A stretch of 64,000 nucleotides of DNA from Dipteris shenzhenensis (Eukaryota): assembly GCA_047967505.1 (NCBI GenBank), contig CM106538.1. One strand, written 5' to 3'. Positions 11,115 to 23,892 of this stretch are shown piece by piece. Both the position numbers and the translations under genes were made by a program. The notes under the pieces are model-generated. The model had not been told where the DNA came from and did no database searches. It saw nothing but the letters and a program-made list of their open reading frames with translations. Positions within the stretch are counted from its first letter, which is position 1. Each line of letters begins with the position of its first letter.

Positions 11115-14100
11115 TTGTATAATTATTTGGGTTACATGGATAATTTATCCATGTGTCCCCATAAGGGCAGGCCAAAGCATGATATAACATTCTCATATAG
11201 CAATTTAGCTATTGCCCTAGCATCAACCAACCTGGTTGCGACTTATGGGTCCTATAAAATCAATACCCCACTTTTCAAAGGGATGATTTGTAAAAACTTC
11301 CATGAGGGGCATTTAATCTTTCTTCTAAGGTATAGATTCTCTTTGGTAGGGGTTGTAGCATCTAGAAAATTCAATTGCATCTGTAAAAAGTGTGGGCCAC
11401 CATAATTGAACTTGTAATACTTTGTGGGCCATGATTTTTCATACAGAATGGCCTCCTGCTATGCCCGAGTGGGCTTCTTCCAACACCTCATTTAACTCAA
11501 TCTCCACGAGCACAATGATACATAATGCCATCTTTCCCCATCTAGTATAGTTGATCGACAATCAATTTATGCAGCACTACATCATTAATAAAATTTTGTA
11601 GGCACTATTCTTGTTAAGGTCCTTGTCTTGCAAAAGCCTCTTGTTCCCATTCTAGTATTAAGAATAATGGGGCATCTGGAGATTATCATAGATGCTAGTT
11701 TCTTAGGTCCCCATTGGGGATCCTAGACATATGGTCCACCATGAAATGGGTTCTTCCTTTGTGAACCATAATGGTGAAATCAAACTCTAATAATACTAGC
11801 ATCCACTGCATGATGCATTTAGTAATACACGTTTTGTTTACTAATAGAGAAGTGCTTGATGGACTACAAAGAATACAAATTTGTTTGCCAACAAATAGTG
11901 GCAATACTTCTTCATGGTGTAAACCATTGTGAGGCCTTCCTTCTCTGTGGTTGTATATTTCATTTTGGCATCATTAAGTTGGCGACCGACAAAATATATA
12001 GGGTAGTCCAATTTATATGTGAACACACATCCTAGTGCAAAGTTTCAGGCATATATATGTACATGGAATATTAAGTCCCAAGTTGGTGCCCACAATATGG
12101 GAGCTGAAGCCAGTGAGTCTTAGCATTCCTCAGTCCATATAAATACAATAAGAAGCTTATATAAGAGGCGAGCAACCTTGGCATAGCTATAGATGAATCT
12201 TTTATAATAGCCATTATACCTAGTAAAGCATTGTACATCGTCGGCATTGGTGAGAGATGGAATCTCTAAAATGAGCTTAATCTTGTTGTAGTCCTGGAAA
12301 TTCAATTCTTCGACACAACATATCCTAGTATCACCCCATATTTTATCCAAAATTGGCATTTGAGGGGTTAACAGACATCCTATATAGTCAGCACCTTGCA
12401 AAGACTATAGCCTTAGATATCCAAGGTGTTCATCCCATTTTGAGGTGAATCTACAAATTGTCCAAGAACACTTCTCAAAAGTCCCATAAATATTCTTTAA
12501 GGGCTGTGGTCATCAACCTTTGGAATAAAGTGACTCCAAAAGTCATTGCGCAAATGCAAATATTCCCCATTCTATGGCAAATGGCATTTTATGGTGGTCT
12601 TTGATCGCAATGAACACTTGATTGTAGCCAAAAAATCCACCAAGGAAACTATAAGCCTTCTTGCCAGATGCTCTCTCAAGTACATGTTCAATAAATGGAA
12701 GTGGGTAATGATCTTTGCATTATCTTTGCATTAACCCTTTTAAGGTCCGCACACACTTGGATATGGCTATTCTTTTTAATTACAATGGTGATTGGAGACA
12801 CCCATTCTATATGTTTGATTTCATGTATGAACCCTACATCAATGAGATTTTGTATCTCTTCATTGAGGAATGAAGCATATTTAGGATTCATTGGATAAGG
12901 TCTTTGTGTCACATCACCTATCATAGGGATAGAATGCTTTACCACTTTCAGTGGTACCCCTTTTATATCAAAATACTTCCATTCAAATAAATCCTCATAT
13001 TCTCAGAGAAATGAAGTCAAGGCCTCTTCTTGTCTTGGCATAAGATCATCGGTGATGTAGATTTGTTTAGGTACTCATCTTTTGCCACTAGGCCCATCAA
13101 GGCCTTGCTGGTTTTTTTCCTTTGCCATTCTTTTTGGCTTGCTCTAGAAATATCTTATGGTCCTATATCATGTAGGCTTACCTCTTTAACCTTGGCCCAT
13201 CAAGGCCTTGCTGGTTTTTTCCCTTTGCCATTCTTTTTGGCTTGCTCTAGAAATATCTTATGGTCCTATATCATGTAGGACTTAAAGTGTTTTGAGACTG
13301 GGCATAGATCAACATTCTCATCCTCATCACTATCCAAGTCCTTGTCACCAAGTTTATTCTCTATACGAGAAGGCTTCTTGCTTTAGCCTTGGGGGCCTTA
13401 CAATCTTGTGAGGGTTGTGCCTCTTATGGTGGCCATTTTGCTATTTTCAAGTATTCTAACAATGCCTTTAATCTACTTTCAAGTATTTATACTTGCTTTC
13501 CAACTGGAGGAAAACTCATGGTGAGTGGTGGTGGTAACACTAATGTACTTGAGCCACTAAAGGTCGGACTTTACCCTCATTTCTCCCTTTCCTCCTTGGG
13601 TGCCTTCAATATTTTGATCATGTTTAAGGGGACTATAATCTCAAGCACTTCGTGATTATGTGCAGCCATTTATGTTTTTATCCTTTTGGGCACCTCTATG
13701 GCTGCAAGGATATACATTCAATTGTACGAGTACTCGAGCTTCAGCAATGGAGCATACCAATGTTCATCCGAGTCTCCTCCTGCATCCTTCTCATTTCAAG
13801 CCTTGAACACATTTGATGAGGTGGCCCACTAAGTGGTATCTGACTTAGCTTGTTGCTACAAATAAGTTGCCAAAGATAGGGTGGGATTTTGATGTTTGGT
13901 AGTCAACCCTCATGACGACCTACTCAACCTTACGTAAATATATCCTATTTGAGCTACATAGGGAGTAATCCTATAGTGCACATGAAAGGCCTTTCTAGTA
14001 TGATGTCATAGCTATTCTTCTAGTCATGGAAGTCCATCACCACAAACCATACTCAATAGGTTAGACCAAAGGTCTTCATCTTGATATCCCTTAAAACTCC

Positions 14101-15500
14101 TATCGGTTGAGATGTAGCTTCATCATCTATTTTGACCATGAGGTTTGTACTGTCCATTTTAGGTTATCCCCACTTGGCTCAAAACTACTTAGTGAATGAC
14201 TATACTTACATTGGCTCCTCCATCCAAGATTGCCATAGCATTCTTACCTTGGTAGGAGATGGGAAGTATTGCATTACTGTCATCATCTCAATGTATGGGA
14301 CCAACTTGTTAATTGGTATCTTATGGAGGTTTTTCCCTCAATGGGAGGTCCTACTACCTTGGGATTCACATTTTCTTGGGTCACCATCTACCCATTCGCC
14401 CAATTGGAGAGGTCCTGTTCTTTTGCTTGGTACCATGTAGGGTCCTCCTCAAAAAGCTTATGACTTTGGAGTGAGCGTCCTGAGATGACATTGCGAACAT
14501 TCCTTGTCCACTCTTTTGAGTACATTGGAGGCTTTTGGATCTCCGTTAGAAATCTAATTATGTGAGGATGGATAGTGTCTGAACCTTGCTGGCCTTGAGC
14601 CATTATCATGCACCAGCTGTTGTGCCTTAGCAAGGTGTTGTTTCTCAATGATAGGGTGTGAATATTCTCCCTATCATTTGGGGTCATAGGTTTCCTATAG
14701 TATCATCCACTTCTTTAGGTGGTTGATTAAATATCTTATTAGCTAAGGGAGCATGACTAGGATGGATAGTGTTAGAACCCTTGCTAGCCTTGAGTCATTG
14801 TGCAAATCTTTCTTGGCAGTCATGCACCAGCAGCTGTTCTGCCTCGGGAAGGTGTTGTTTCTCAATGATAGGTGTGAATATTCTCCCTATTATTTGGGGT
14901 CGTAGGCTTCCTATAAGTCAACACTTCCCAATGTCATCCCTTTATTTAGGTGGTTCATTAAATTGCTTATCAATTGAGGGAGTACGACTAGAAGAGGATG
15001 AGCTAGACTAGGTGACGTGTTCTCATCGGACCCATTTTGAATAATCACCTTATCAAAACTTTTTCCCGCCTCAATTGTCCCTTATTGTTTTCCTCTCTAG
15101 GCTGGGAGGTACTGGCTTTATCTCTTTTTCCCTCCTTGCAAAGCTCTTTGATAAAGGCTCTACCATGGGTCTTGGTTATCACATTCAAGGACACCAAAGA
15201 TACTTGGCCTCTTTCTACACTCAGCAAGTTAATGCTAGCCTTAGGGTTTGAGGTAGTTCTAGGTGGCCTTCACATCGGGCAGTCCTTGTTGTAAAGATGA
15301 TCCACTCCACAACTAGAGCACAACAGTGCACCCACACTGGTGGTGGTTACCATTGGCATGGTTTAGTCATCCTTATATGGGCAATCATTTAGAAGTGAGG
15401 TCCTTGGCACTCATAGCACAACACTTGCTGATTAGTTGTTGTTATCTTACACAGACACTCACTAACCCTATGGGGGATCGTCTTGTATAACCTAGTGGCT
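11115..15500 (-). mobile_element. Ty3/gypsy (non-chromovirus-like) gag-pol relic
   Basis: RT (PYPMNPKY..EWVSPITIVIKKNSHIQVCADLKRVN, 12688-12945), RNase H (YTTTEKEGLTMVYTMKKYCHYLL; WMLVLLEFDF..KGRTHFMVDHMSR), integrase remnants near 11115-11550 and zinc-knuckle remnants near 15280-15430. Internal direct duplications at 13091-13279 and 14607-14990. Confidence 0.88.
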
Positions 15501-15659
15501 TATATAGCCAAACTAGTTCATCAGACTCTTGTATTGAGAGAGTAGTCACTCACTGTGAGGGTGTGATTTGGCTCCTCCCAATCACTGGGTAATTCTTCTA
15601 CTAATACCTGGTTCATGGGAGTGATTCATGGTGCATGTTGAGGATGGTGTAAATTGCAC

Positions 15660-18600
15660 CATACCTCTAGGGCATTAGGGGCAAAACCCTAACCCTAAGG
15701 GATTCACATGTATATATTCATCTTCATGTTCAATACAGCTTAGTGTATAGGTAGCTATATCATGTGCAATCCTCTCTCTCTTTCCCTCTCACTTCTCCTA
15801 TCATGGTATCACAGCCGATGTTACTCCCACTCCCTTCATGGGTATCAAGTCCTCCTTCTGTGAGGCATCTTCTATTTAGAGAGTTTCCATTTGAGAGAGA
15901 GCATAATCCCTTGTTCCATCAAAGCATGCAAGCCATCACTCCATCGAGGCAACATCTACACCATGGTGCAGCCTATCACGACCATGCAAACCACTGGATC
16001 TTCTAACCATAAGCTCGATTGTAGCTCCAAATGGCTCCCCTTTTTTTTTTCAAAGAACAAATGGCTCCTACCTGCTGGCCAACTCCTAGAAAAGGCTACA
16101 TAGCAGCCGTGCAAAATCATGAAGGCCAAGAAATGGCCCAAGTAGTGCTTTAGTAACCAGTGGATGCTCCAAACAAGCGGCCACACAACCACAATAGAGA
16201 GCTCCCAGGCAGCCTCACTATAGCACCTTGAAACGATGGATTGCTCCCTCAAGACTCTAGGTGCTCTTAATGCCAAGATCAACTATAGTAGTGCCTACCA
16301 TCAATGGGGCATCGACAACCCTCAACGACTCTCAATGCTCAGTTCCATCAACAAGGCCAGAAGCGATTACAATGACACAGCTCAAGCCCCAGCTCCAATA
16401 GATTCAACGGCTTCCAAATGAGCTGACCAACACAAATTTCCTCCCAGCAGCCTTCAATGATTAGTTGCTCGGATCCTTTGCCATAGCTCACATCCAAAGT
16501 ATGCGGTTCACATGCCCAACGATAGACTCCATGATCAATGGCTTCAATGATGATGCCTATGACATATCCAACCTTTGACATACACTTAGCACCATAGTAG
16601 GCAGCAGCAGCAAAATGAACTAAACACACACGAGTAGCCCGGACTGCAGAGGCAACCACCCACAATTGGCTCTCGATCCGCCATAGCCAATGATGGCGAC
16701 TCATTAGCAAGGCGGCCCAAAAAAGCCTTCAGCACCTCCCATGAATAGAAGCACTAACAAATGATTAGTGACTCAGTAGACATGGAGACTAGCATGAAGA
16801 AAACCTTCTCGTCAATAGAATCTAGATTTCATCAGAATCCTCTACAGATTCTGGACAAGCCACGTGAAGGGTAGGTCTTGCCATCTCACCAAGGGTTATC
16901 CTCTCACTATTAAGGGTTAGTCCATAAACTAACGCATGGCATCTATCCAAAACTACCATGTCACAGTGTCTTATCCTCATCCTAAGGCCATGCCATTTGA
17001 CACATGGCCGTGCCATGTCATCTTGTGTGCCATGTGGCACCTCTCCCAGGTCAGCAGTCTAGGCTCAAGTGCCATGTCATTAGTGCCCAGCTACTAGTAA
17101 CCCAGTTACCTACCACCTTGGCATGCCATGTGGTAATGCACATCAGCATGTGCCTTCTAAGCACACTATCTCCCCACAGGCGTAGTCCATTAGCATGTGA
17201 CCTCACAATGCCACATCACCCTCCAAGACACCTCATCAATTTGGACCCCCTCCTTGGACAAAGTTTGGCCCATCCTTCTAAGAGCCATAACTTTTGATCC
17301 AGAGGGAATTCGGAGGTGATCAAAAAAGCAAAATTGCTCAACAGCTCGCACTCTATGTACTTATCAGACAAAATTTACATCTTATATTTCCATAGGTCAA
17401 CTCATTAGATCCTCATCATCGAAACCACATCCTGATCCACCAGTACATAAAATGAATTAAGATCAAATTCTTTTGTTGCATTTGATGCTTTGATGCATAG
17501 TCTAGCTATAGACTAGCTCAGCTTTAGAGGAGATCCAACTCCACCAAGCCAAGTCAGCCATTGCCACATTACCCGATTAGTTCCCAGTGATGTCAGTCCC
17601 ATCAGATCTATCATCGGTATACACTTTCACACATTTGACAATTGTTCATTTCTCTTGGCATTTGGTAGTTCATCACCACGATTGGTGACACTTGGTAGAG
17701 TTCTCCTCCTTAGATTCATGTGGTTTCATTCTTCTTGCACACACACATGCAACCCATGTATAGTCATATTGACTCTTTTCTGGCATTGGTTCCCTTGTAT
17801 ACACATTTAGCCTTGTACAACCTCTTGGCTACTCTTGACACACAGTTGTCATCATTTCACTTGAAGCTTGATCCTTGGGACACACAGTTCTCACATGACT
17901 TGGTTTTGACCATTTAGCATAAGCCCCATAGTGGTACCTTTCATATAGTGTTCTCATAGGTAGACACTGTCACAGGTACATGGGTAAGCCTCTTACATAG
18001 AGCACCAGAGCGTCACCTCTAGCATGGAGTTATCCACATCACGGAGTTGATGATACATCAGTCATGACTCTGGATGAGAACCGTGAGTGGAAAGAGAACC
18101 TTCTTTGACCATTTATTTCCACGGGGTATGTACCCGTTTATGACACCAACTCGAGCCTCATCGGTCTTGAGCGATTGGACACAAATGTTCCACACATTAG
18201 CATGGATCAGCCCACAGTTTTTGATCATATACATTTGTCTTTGGTAAGCCCTCAGCATGAGGCACACTTCTCGATAAGCCCTCTGCATGAGGCACACTTA
18301 GCAGTAAGCCCTCAACATGAGGCATATTTGATGGCAAGCCCTCAATATGAGGCAGTCCCATCTACATCAACACCTCTGATTCTTGTGATGCACATCCATC
18401 ACTCTCACACATGTACTCGACTCCAATTACTGTCATACAAAATGATGTAGATACTCAACACGAGTTCAATTATGATCATGCAGTTATTCAGTAGGTAAGT
18501 CCTTAGTACAAGGCACTTGCATCTCCAGCTGCATGCAAAGATATATGCCACAATGCATTCAACTCCTTAGGTGATACCATTCCAACATCCATCATTGATG

Positions 18601-20100
18601 TTTTCACCTCTAATACAAAGCATATCACATCCTTGGACATAATTTCCACGAGTAGTACAAATCAGCCCAGTAGTCTTCACGACATTCCAGCATCGGCTCA
18701 GTCATACTGCATTGCATCATCCATGGATCTAGTTATCACCTCCTCTGATCAGCAGATCATTCCTCAACATGAGGATGTCTATGCATCAGTGTGGTCCTAC
18801 CCTAATGCAATGGACATCGTTAGGTCCAACCATAGCACAACCTAGGGAACCTCAGTGTTTCAGTATGAACTTATGGCTATAGTATATAGTCCTTACCTAA
18901 TGCACATTAGTGGTTGGATTTAGGACTTCAAATCGTTCCCTACATTAGCATTCGGCACCTCATATGCCTTAGGGGCATCTTATGCTTTTTTAGTGATATT
19001 CCAAGCTTCTAGGCCATTACAATATTAGCTCCTTCTTGAAGATCCTACAATAGATGCTACATCCCATGCCAATGGATGTTTAGACATGCACACATCAGAC
19101 AATCTTCAGCTCATGATAGCTGAGCATACAGGTTGGATAGGTTCCTATACCTTGCCATTTGTACGAGTCTCTTCTTCTGCAGAGTAGTGTATCATACCTT
19201 CACCTTTGGCCCTAGCTTTTATGTAGCCCTTGGATCACTCTTTCCACACCAATTATGAAGTCTTTTATGATCTTGCATCATTTGATAAAGATTACACTGC
19301 TGCAGCATATATTCGACATTGTTATTAGTTCTTTTGGGTTGGTGACACCCTCTTATGTCACAACCTACCGGATTTCTTCTTCATAGCTACATTGACTATT
19401 CAGATGCCTCTTCTTTAGAGCAGCTACACAGTCCATGACACAACACATGAAGCTTTGACATGTTCAGCACATAGCCATACACATAGTTCTACACGTAGTC
19501 ATCATTTGATCGACCAGTCGTTGATCCAAGAGGACTTGATTTTCAGCACATTTTCTTTCTCTTCCCTTAGACCTATCTTCTGGTTTTTAGTCCCAATGGC
19601 AAAGGATGACCCACAATTTAAGAGGGGGAAATGCACATTTTTGTAGAGGATCATAAGTTGTACTCATTGTATATGCTTTTGCTACATAGTCACTGTGCTC
19701 ACACGCACATACTACTCTGATTTCTTTCCATTTTCTTTGTTATTTTTGGATGCTATCATATGCACCAAATGAAATCCACAAAAAGGTCTTGTACATGCAC
19801 CCTTTGCATAGCATTTGTATACATTTGTTAATGTAGTAAGCATTGAATTTTTGCATCATACCTTAGGTTGTTATGGCCTAAATTGTGCAAATAAGGGAAA
19901 AATCATAGCATACTGAACTATATAGCTTTGAATTACATGCATTAGCATTGAAATAGACTTACTCAAGTGTTGCATTAGGCATTAGGTAGTTGTGTTATAA
20001 TTGTCCCTAGCATCTAGGGGTGGAAACCTCATGTCTCCCTCATGTACATAGGACAATATGTTCATTAAGTATCACATATCTTATATAGATCTAATGTTGA
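15660..20100 (+). mobile_element. putative non-autonomous LTR element (LARD-like), boundaries uncertain
   Basis: PBS-like tggtatcacagc (15804-15815) follows a CT-rich tract ending in CA. PPT-like aagagggggaaa (19620-19631) is followed by TG. No recognisable pol lies between them. Confidence 0.4.
18243..18356 (+). repeat. four tandem 30-bp units with an internal hairpin (AAGCCCTCAGCATGAGGCA core)
   Basis: Seen directly; in frame as a 10-aa repeat SPQHEAH in ORF 18175-18450. Confidence 0.9.
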
Positions 20101-20149
20101 TCAAGCTCTAATTTCACACACGACTTCAAGACCAAATGCAAATTTGGGT

Positions 20150-21215
20150 TCCAGACCACTACGAAGAAAAGGTAAGTGTCGCTACTACAATATTGAGGGA
20201 CACTTTGAATTTGAGTGCAGAAGGAAGTTGGTAGACCTTGAAAAGCAAGTGAGGGAGTTCAAATTTGGTTCAATCTCATCCCAATTTGATTATTGAGAAG
20301 GCTCAGATGCACAACATTCACGAGGACACTAAAGATCATTCTACTCATCTGGTAGATAACTTGATTCTTGATTTGGGTGCTAACCAGCACATGACTTTCC
20401 ATCATGATTGGTTCGTTTCATACAAGCCATGCAAAGCAAGATGCACCGTGCAAATGGAGATGATTCGGAGCATATCATTGCTGGGGTAGGTGACATACAA
20501 TTTTGACTATCTATAGGGGACACATTTTGTCTCTCAGGAGTATTGTACATATCTGATCTCAAAAGAGACCTTGTATCAATTGCAAGACTCATTGATATGG
20601 GCGTAATCATACAGTTCAATGCCAGTGCTTGTTTGATATGATGAGAAGAAGATAACAAGGTAGTTTCCTAAGGAGTCCGATGCCAATCTCTATATTTCCT
20701 AACCACCGCAGTCCAAATCAAGGATGTCATCCTCTTAGCAACCAGTAGTAGCAATGTTGACCCGTGGCATTAACAGCTTGGATACACAAATTTCTAGACA
20801 ATTAAACAGATGCATTCCGAGAAGCTCGTGGATGGACTAAATCTGACGAATCGACCAAAACTCCGGATGTGTGAAGCATGTATCTTTGGTAAGCATCATC
20901 AATGTTCTTTCAATCGCAGTAGACCAAGATCAACTGAATTGCTTGCTCTAGTTCATTCAGATTTGTATAAGCCAATGCCATTGTTATCTAAAGGAGGAAG
21001 TCAATATTACATGACATTCATAGATGATTGTAGCCGGTGGACAGAGGTGTACACATAGGATGCAAAATCAAAATATTTATATCAGATAGTGGAGGAGAAT
21101 ATTTGAGCTTAGAATTCAAAGATTTCTGTAAAGAAAGAGGCATTTGATGAGAATTGATAGTTCCATACACTCCTCAGTTGAATGGATTGGCAGAGAGAAA
21201 GAATCAACTTGCTAT
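20150..21215 (+). mobile_element. Ty1/copia fragment (zinc knuckle, protease, GAG-pre-integrase, start of integrase)
   Basis: LILDLGANQHMTFHHDWF, CEACIFGKHH, LALVHSDLY..YYMTFIDDCSRWT, SDSGGEYLS. Confidence 0.88.
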
Positions 21216-21987
21216 TTGAACATGTGTTGAAATAGCAATTCAACATGCGTTGGGATACTAATTGAGCGTGCACTAAAATACTTACTCTACATGTGTTGAA
21301 ATAATAACCCAACATGCATTCAGTTAGGTCTTATTCAATGTGATGTTATTTTTTTACCAAATTCAGGATCCAAATAATGATTGTTAGTGCTTGTAAGCTG
21401 TTTGTGGTTATCTAGATGTTAGAAATCATTAAGACTGTGACGATCAATTTTATGATCTTCCCCGTTAGCTGAAGAATTAGAAACTCTACCCATTTTATCA
21501 ATATTTGAGTTCTACTTCAGTGGTTCTGGGGTGGGTGGTGATGAAAAATGAGTGGATCACTTGATGATCAAAATTAGTAAGGTTTAGTGCAAATTAGACC
21601 CTTGTAAGTGATAACTAGCTAATTCAACAACTCAAAGTGAATTGAGTTATTAATTCATGTGTGCAAGATTAGGGGTTGACCTCTATTTTGGATTGGATTT
21701 TGTGCAATTAATGTGCCAATTGTAAGATTTTATCAATGTCAGAGTGTCATACTATGTTAGGGTATTGTGGATATTTCAAAGTGGTATAAGCTAATTTAGT
21801 GTGCCTGAAGCTATTTTAGCATGTGTTGGGATCCTAATTCAACGTGCTATGAAATAGAGCTAATTTGGCATGACTGTGTCATTAACAGTTTTTTTTTGGA
21901 TTTTAGAGCTTCAACGATTTTTGTGCAGAATTTGTGGTCCTAGGGCGGTACTTACATATTACAAAAATAACTAATTTAAATTGAGGG

Positions 21988-22630
21988 ATACTAAATAGCA
22001 TATGGTAGTGGCATCTAGCATATGAATGTGGTATCTAAATAGTATTAAATAGCATATAACGATGGTGCTTAGCATTTAAGAGAATATGATAGTGGTACCT
22101 AAACAATACTAAATAGCATATGTCATTGGTACTTAGCATCTAAGAGAATATGATAGTAGTACCTAAATAGTAGTAAATAGCATGTGACAATGTTACTTAG
22201 CAGATGACTATGGTATCTAAGAGAATATGACAATAGTCTCTAAATAGTACCAAATAGCATGTGATAGTGGTACTTAGCATATAAAAGAATATGAAAGGAG
22301 TACCTAATTAGTGCTAAATAGAACTAACTAAGATATGATAGTGGTATTTAGAATTTGACAGAATATGATAGTAATGTACAAAATTTAGTATTAAATAATA
22401 CAAAATAGTTACTAAATAGTGGTACTTAGCATACGACAATTGAGTACTAAACAATACTGACCAGTTTTATATATTACTAGTACTCAAATTATATGTGTTA
22501 AATAGTACTAAATATTTGTAATAGCATCTGACAGTGATATGTAGCATCTGAGAGTGGTATCTAGCATTTGCTAGTAATACCTAGCATATGATAGTTACTA
22601 AATTGCCCTAAATAGTACTAAATAGTTCTA
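21988..22630. repeat. AT-rich minisatellite (~65-bp unit of ~20-bp subunits, ACTAAATAGCATATGATAGTGGTACTTAGCA)
   Basis: Recurrent actaaatag and atatgatagtggtac motifs. Confidence 0.85.
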
Positions 22631-23387
22631 ATAGCGATAATACTCATCCACTCCAAGATGATGTATGTTTGCAAAAGAAGGTAGATTTACCCCTTTAATC
22701 TCCAAGTAATGGGTTGTTGTCTTGCATATTATTTTGGGCTAAACCTCCACAGCTTGTACGACACACTAGGTTGTCTATCCAAAAGTTGATGACACATTGA
22801 ACAATCTCAAGACTCAAGAAATCTTGCCTATGCCTTTAATCTCCATTAGTCCATTTCAAGAATTTTGTTTCTTGAGGGTCAACACAATGTACCTTAAAAT
22901 TGCATGGTTGAATACCAAGGGCTTTAGAAAATCTGGTATCACTAAATTATATTGCCATTGATTTGTTTGTTGGTGGCAATCATGTGGACTTCTTCTCTCT
23001 TTGCATCGAAAATATCAGCATTTTGAACTCCTTTCACAATACCCAATGATGTCTTTGCCGTGGATATTGAATCCTATTTCGTCAGCATGTTGAACTCCTT
23101 CCACAATACCCAATGATGTCTTTGCCATTGATATTGAATCCTTTGGAAATTATGTCTCATGTAGCTTGTTTCCTGTTGGGATGCCGTATAAATGCTACTC
23201 AAAATATCTGCCTTTGTACTCAAGTCAAGGTTTTTGGTCACGTGTTTGGATTTTTTTAAAAACATCAATGTTATGTATTCATTTAGCAAACCTATGTTAG
23301 ATGTCTGGGTTGAGGTGATGACAATCATCAATCCTGCACACAATCTACCATATCGCTAATCTTTAATGATCTATCTTGTAGATACAC

Positions 23388-23580
23388 ATGAGAATGAGTG
23401 TGATGTTTCATTAAAAGATGACAAAGTGACATTCCTAAGGAACTAGGTGAGATCATGGTCTATCTATTGTGCAAAAAGGATCTTTCTACCCCTTAAATAT
23501 CTTGGCTTGCAACCACTTTATTTATGCACACACACATTCACGTGTGTGTGTGTGTGTGTGTATGTGTGTGTGTGTGCGAG

Positions 23581-23650
<70 letters not shown>
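23388..23650 (+). repeat. left half of a dispersed repeat ending in (GT)n(GA)n; right half at 30971-31192, intact copy at 32644-33000
   Basis: catgagaatgagtgtgatgtttcatta..gacaaagtga..ggaactaggtgagatca is shared with 32644-32712. Confidence 0.85.
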
Positions 23651-23658
<8 letters not shown>

Positions 23659-23892
23659 AACCAGAGGGTTCCATGCATCAATATGGAGTGCACAAGTAAG
23701 GCCTAAATGGGCATAGAGGCTCTAAGGTCCAAATGGACACATGGCACTCAAGAGAACACCATGTGGCAAGCACTGAGGCTAGGAGGGAGGATTCTAGAAG
23801 GAACTTGAGAAAGCAAATTTAGGGAACATGGAAGGGAATCCGTGGTAGGTTGGAAATGACGAAGGTGAGCCCTCTTTTGTGGTCTCGTATCA
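23651..23892 (+). repeat. 5' LTR of the gypsy element (5'-truncated by ~45 bp)
   Basis: Aligns with ~30726-30970 and ends GTATCA just before the PBS. Confidence 0.9.

Noticed and set aside
23447-23716. ORFs with RE/CV dipeptide runs
   Set aside because: These are translations of (GT)n(GA)n microsatellites.
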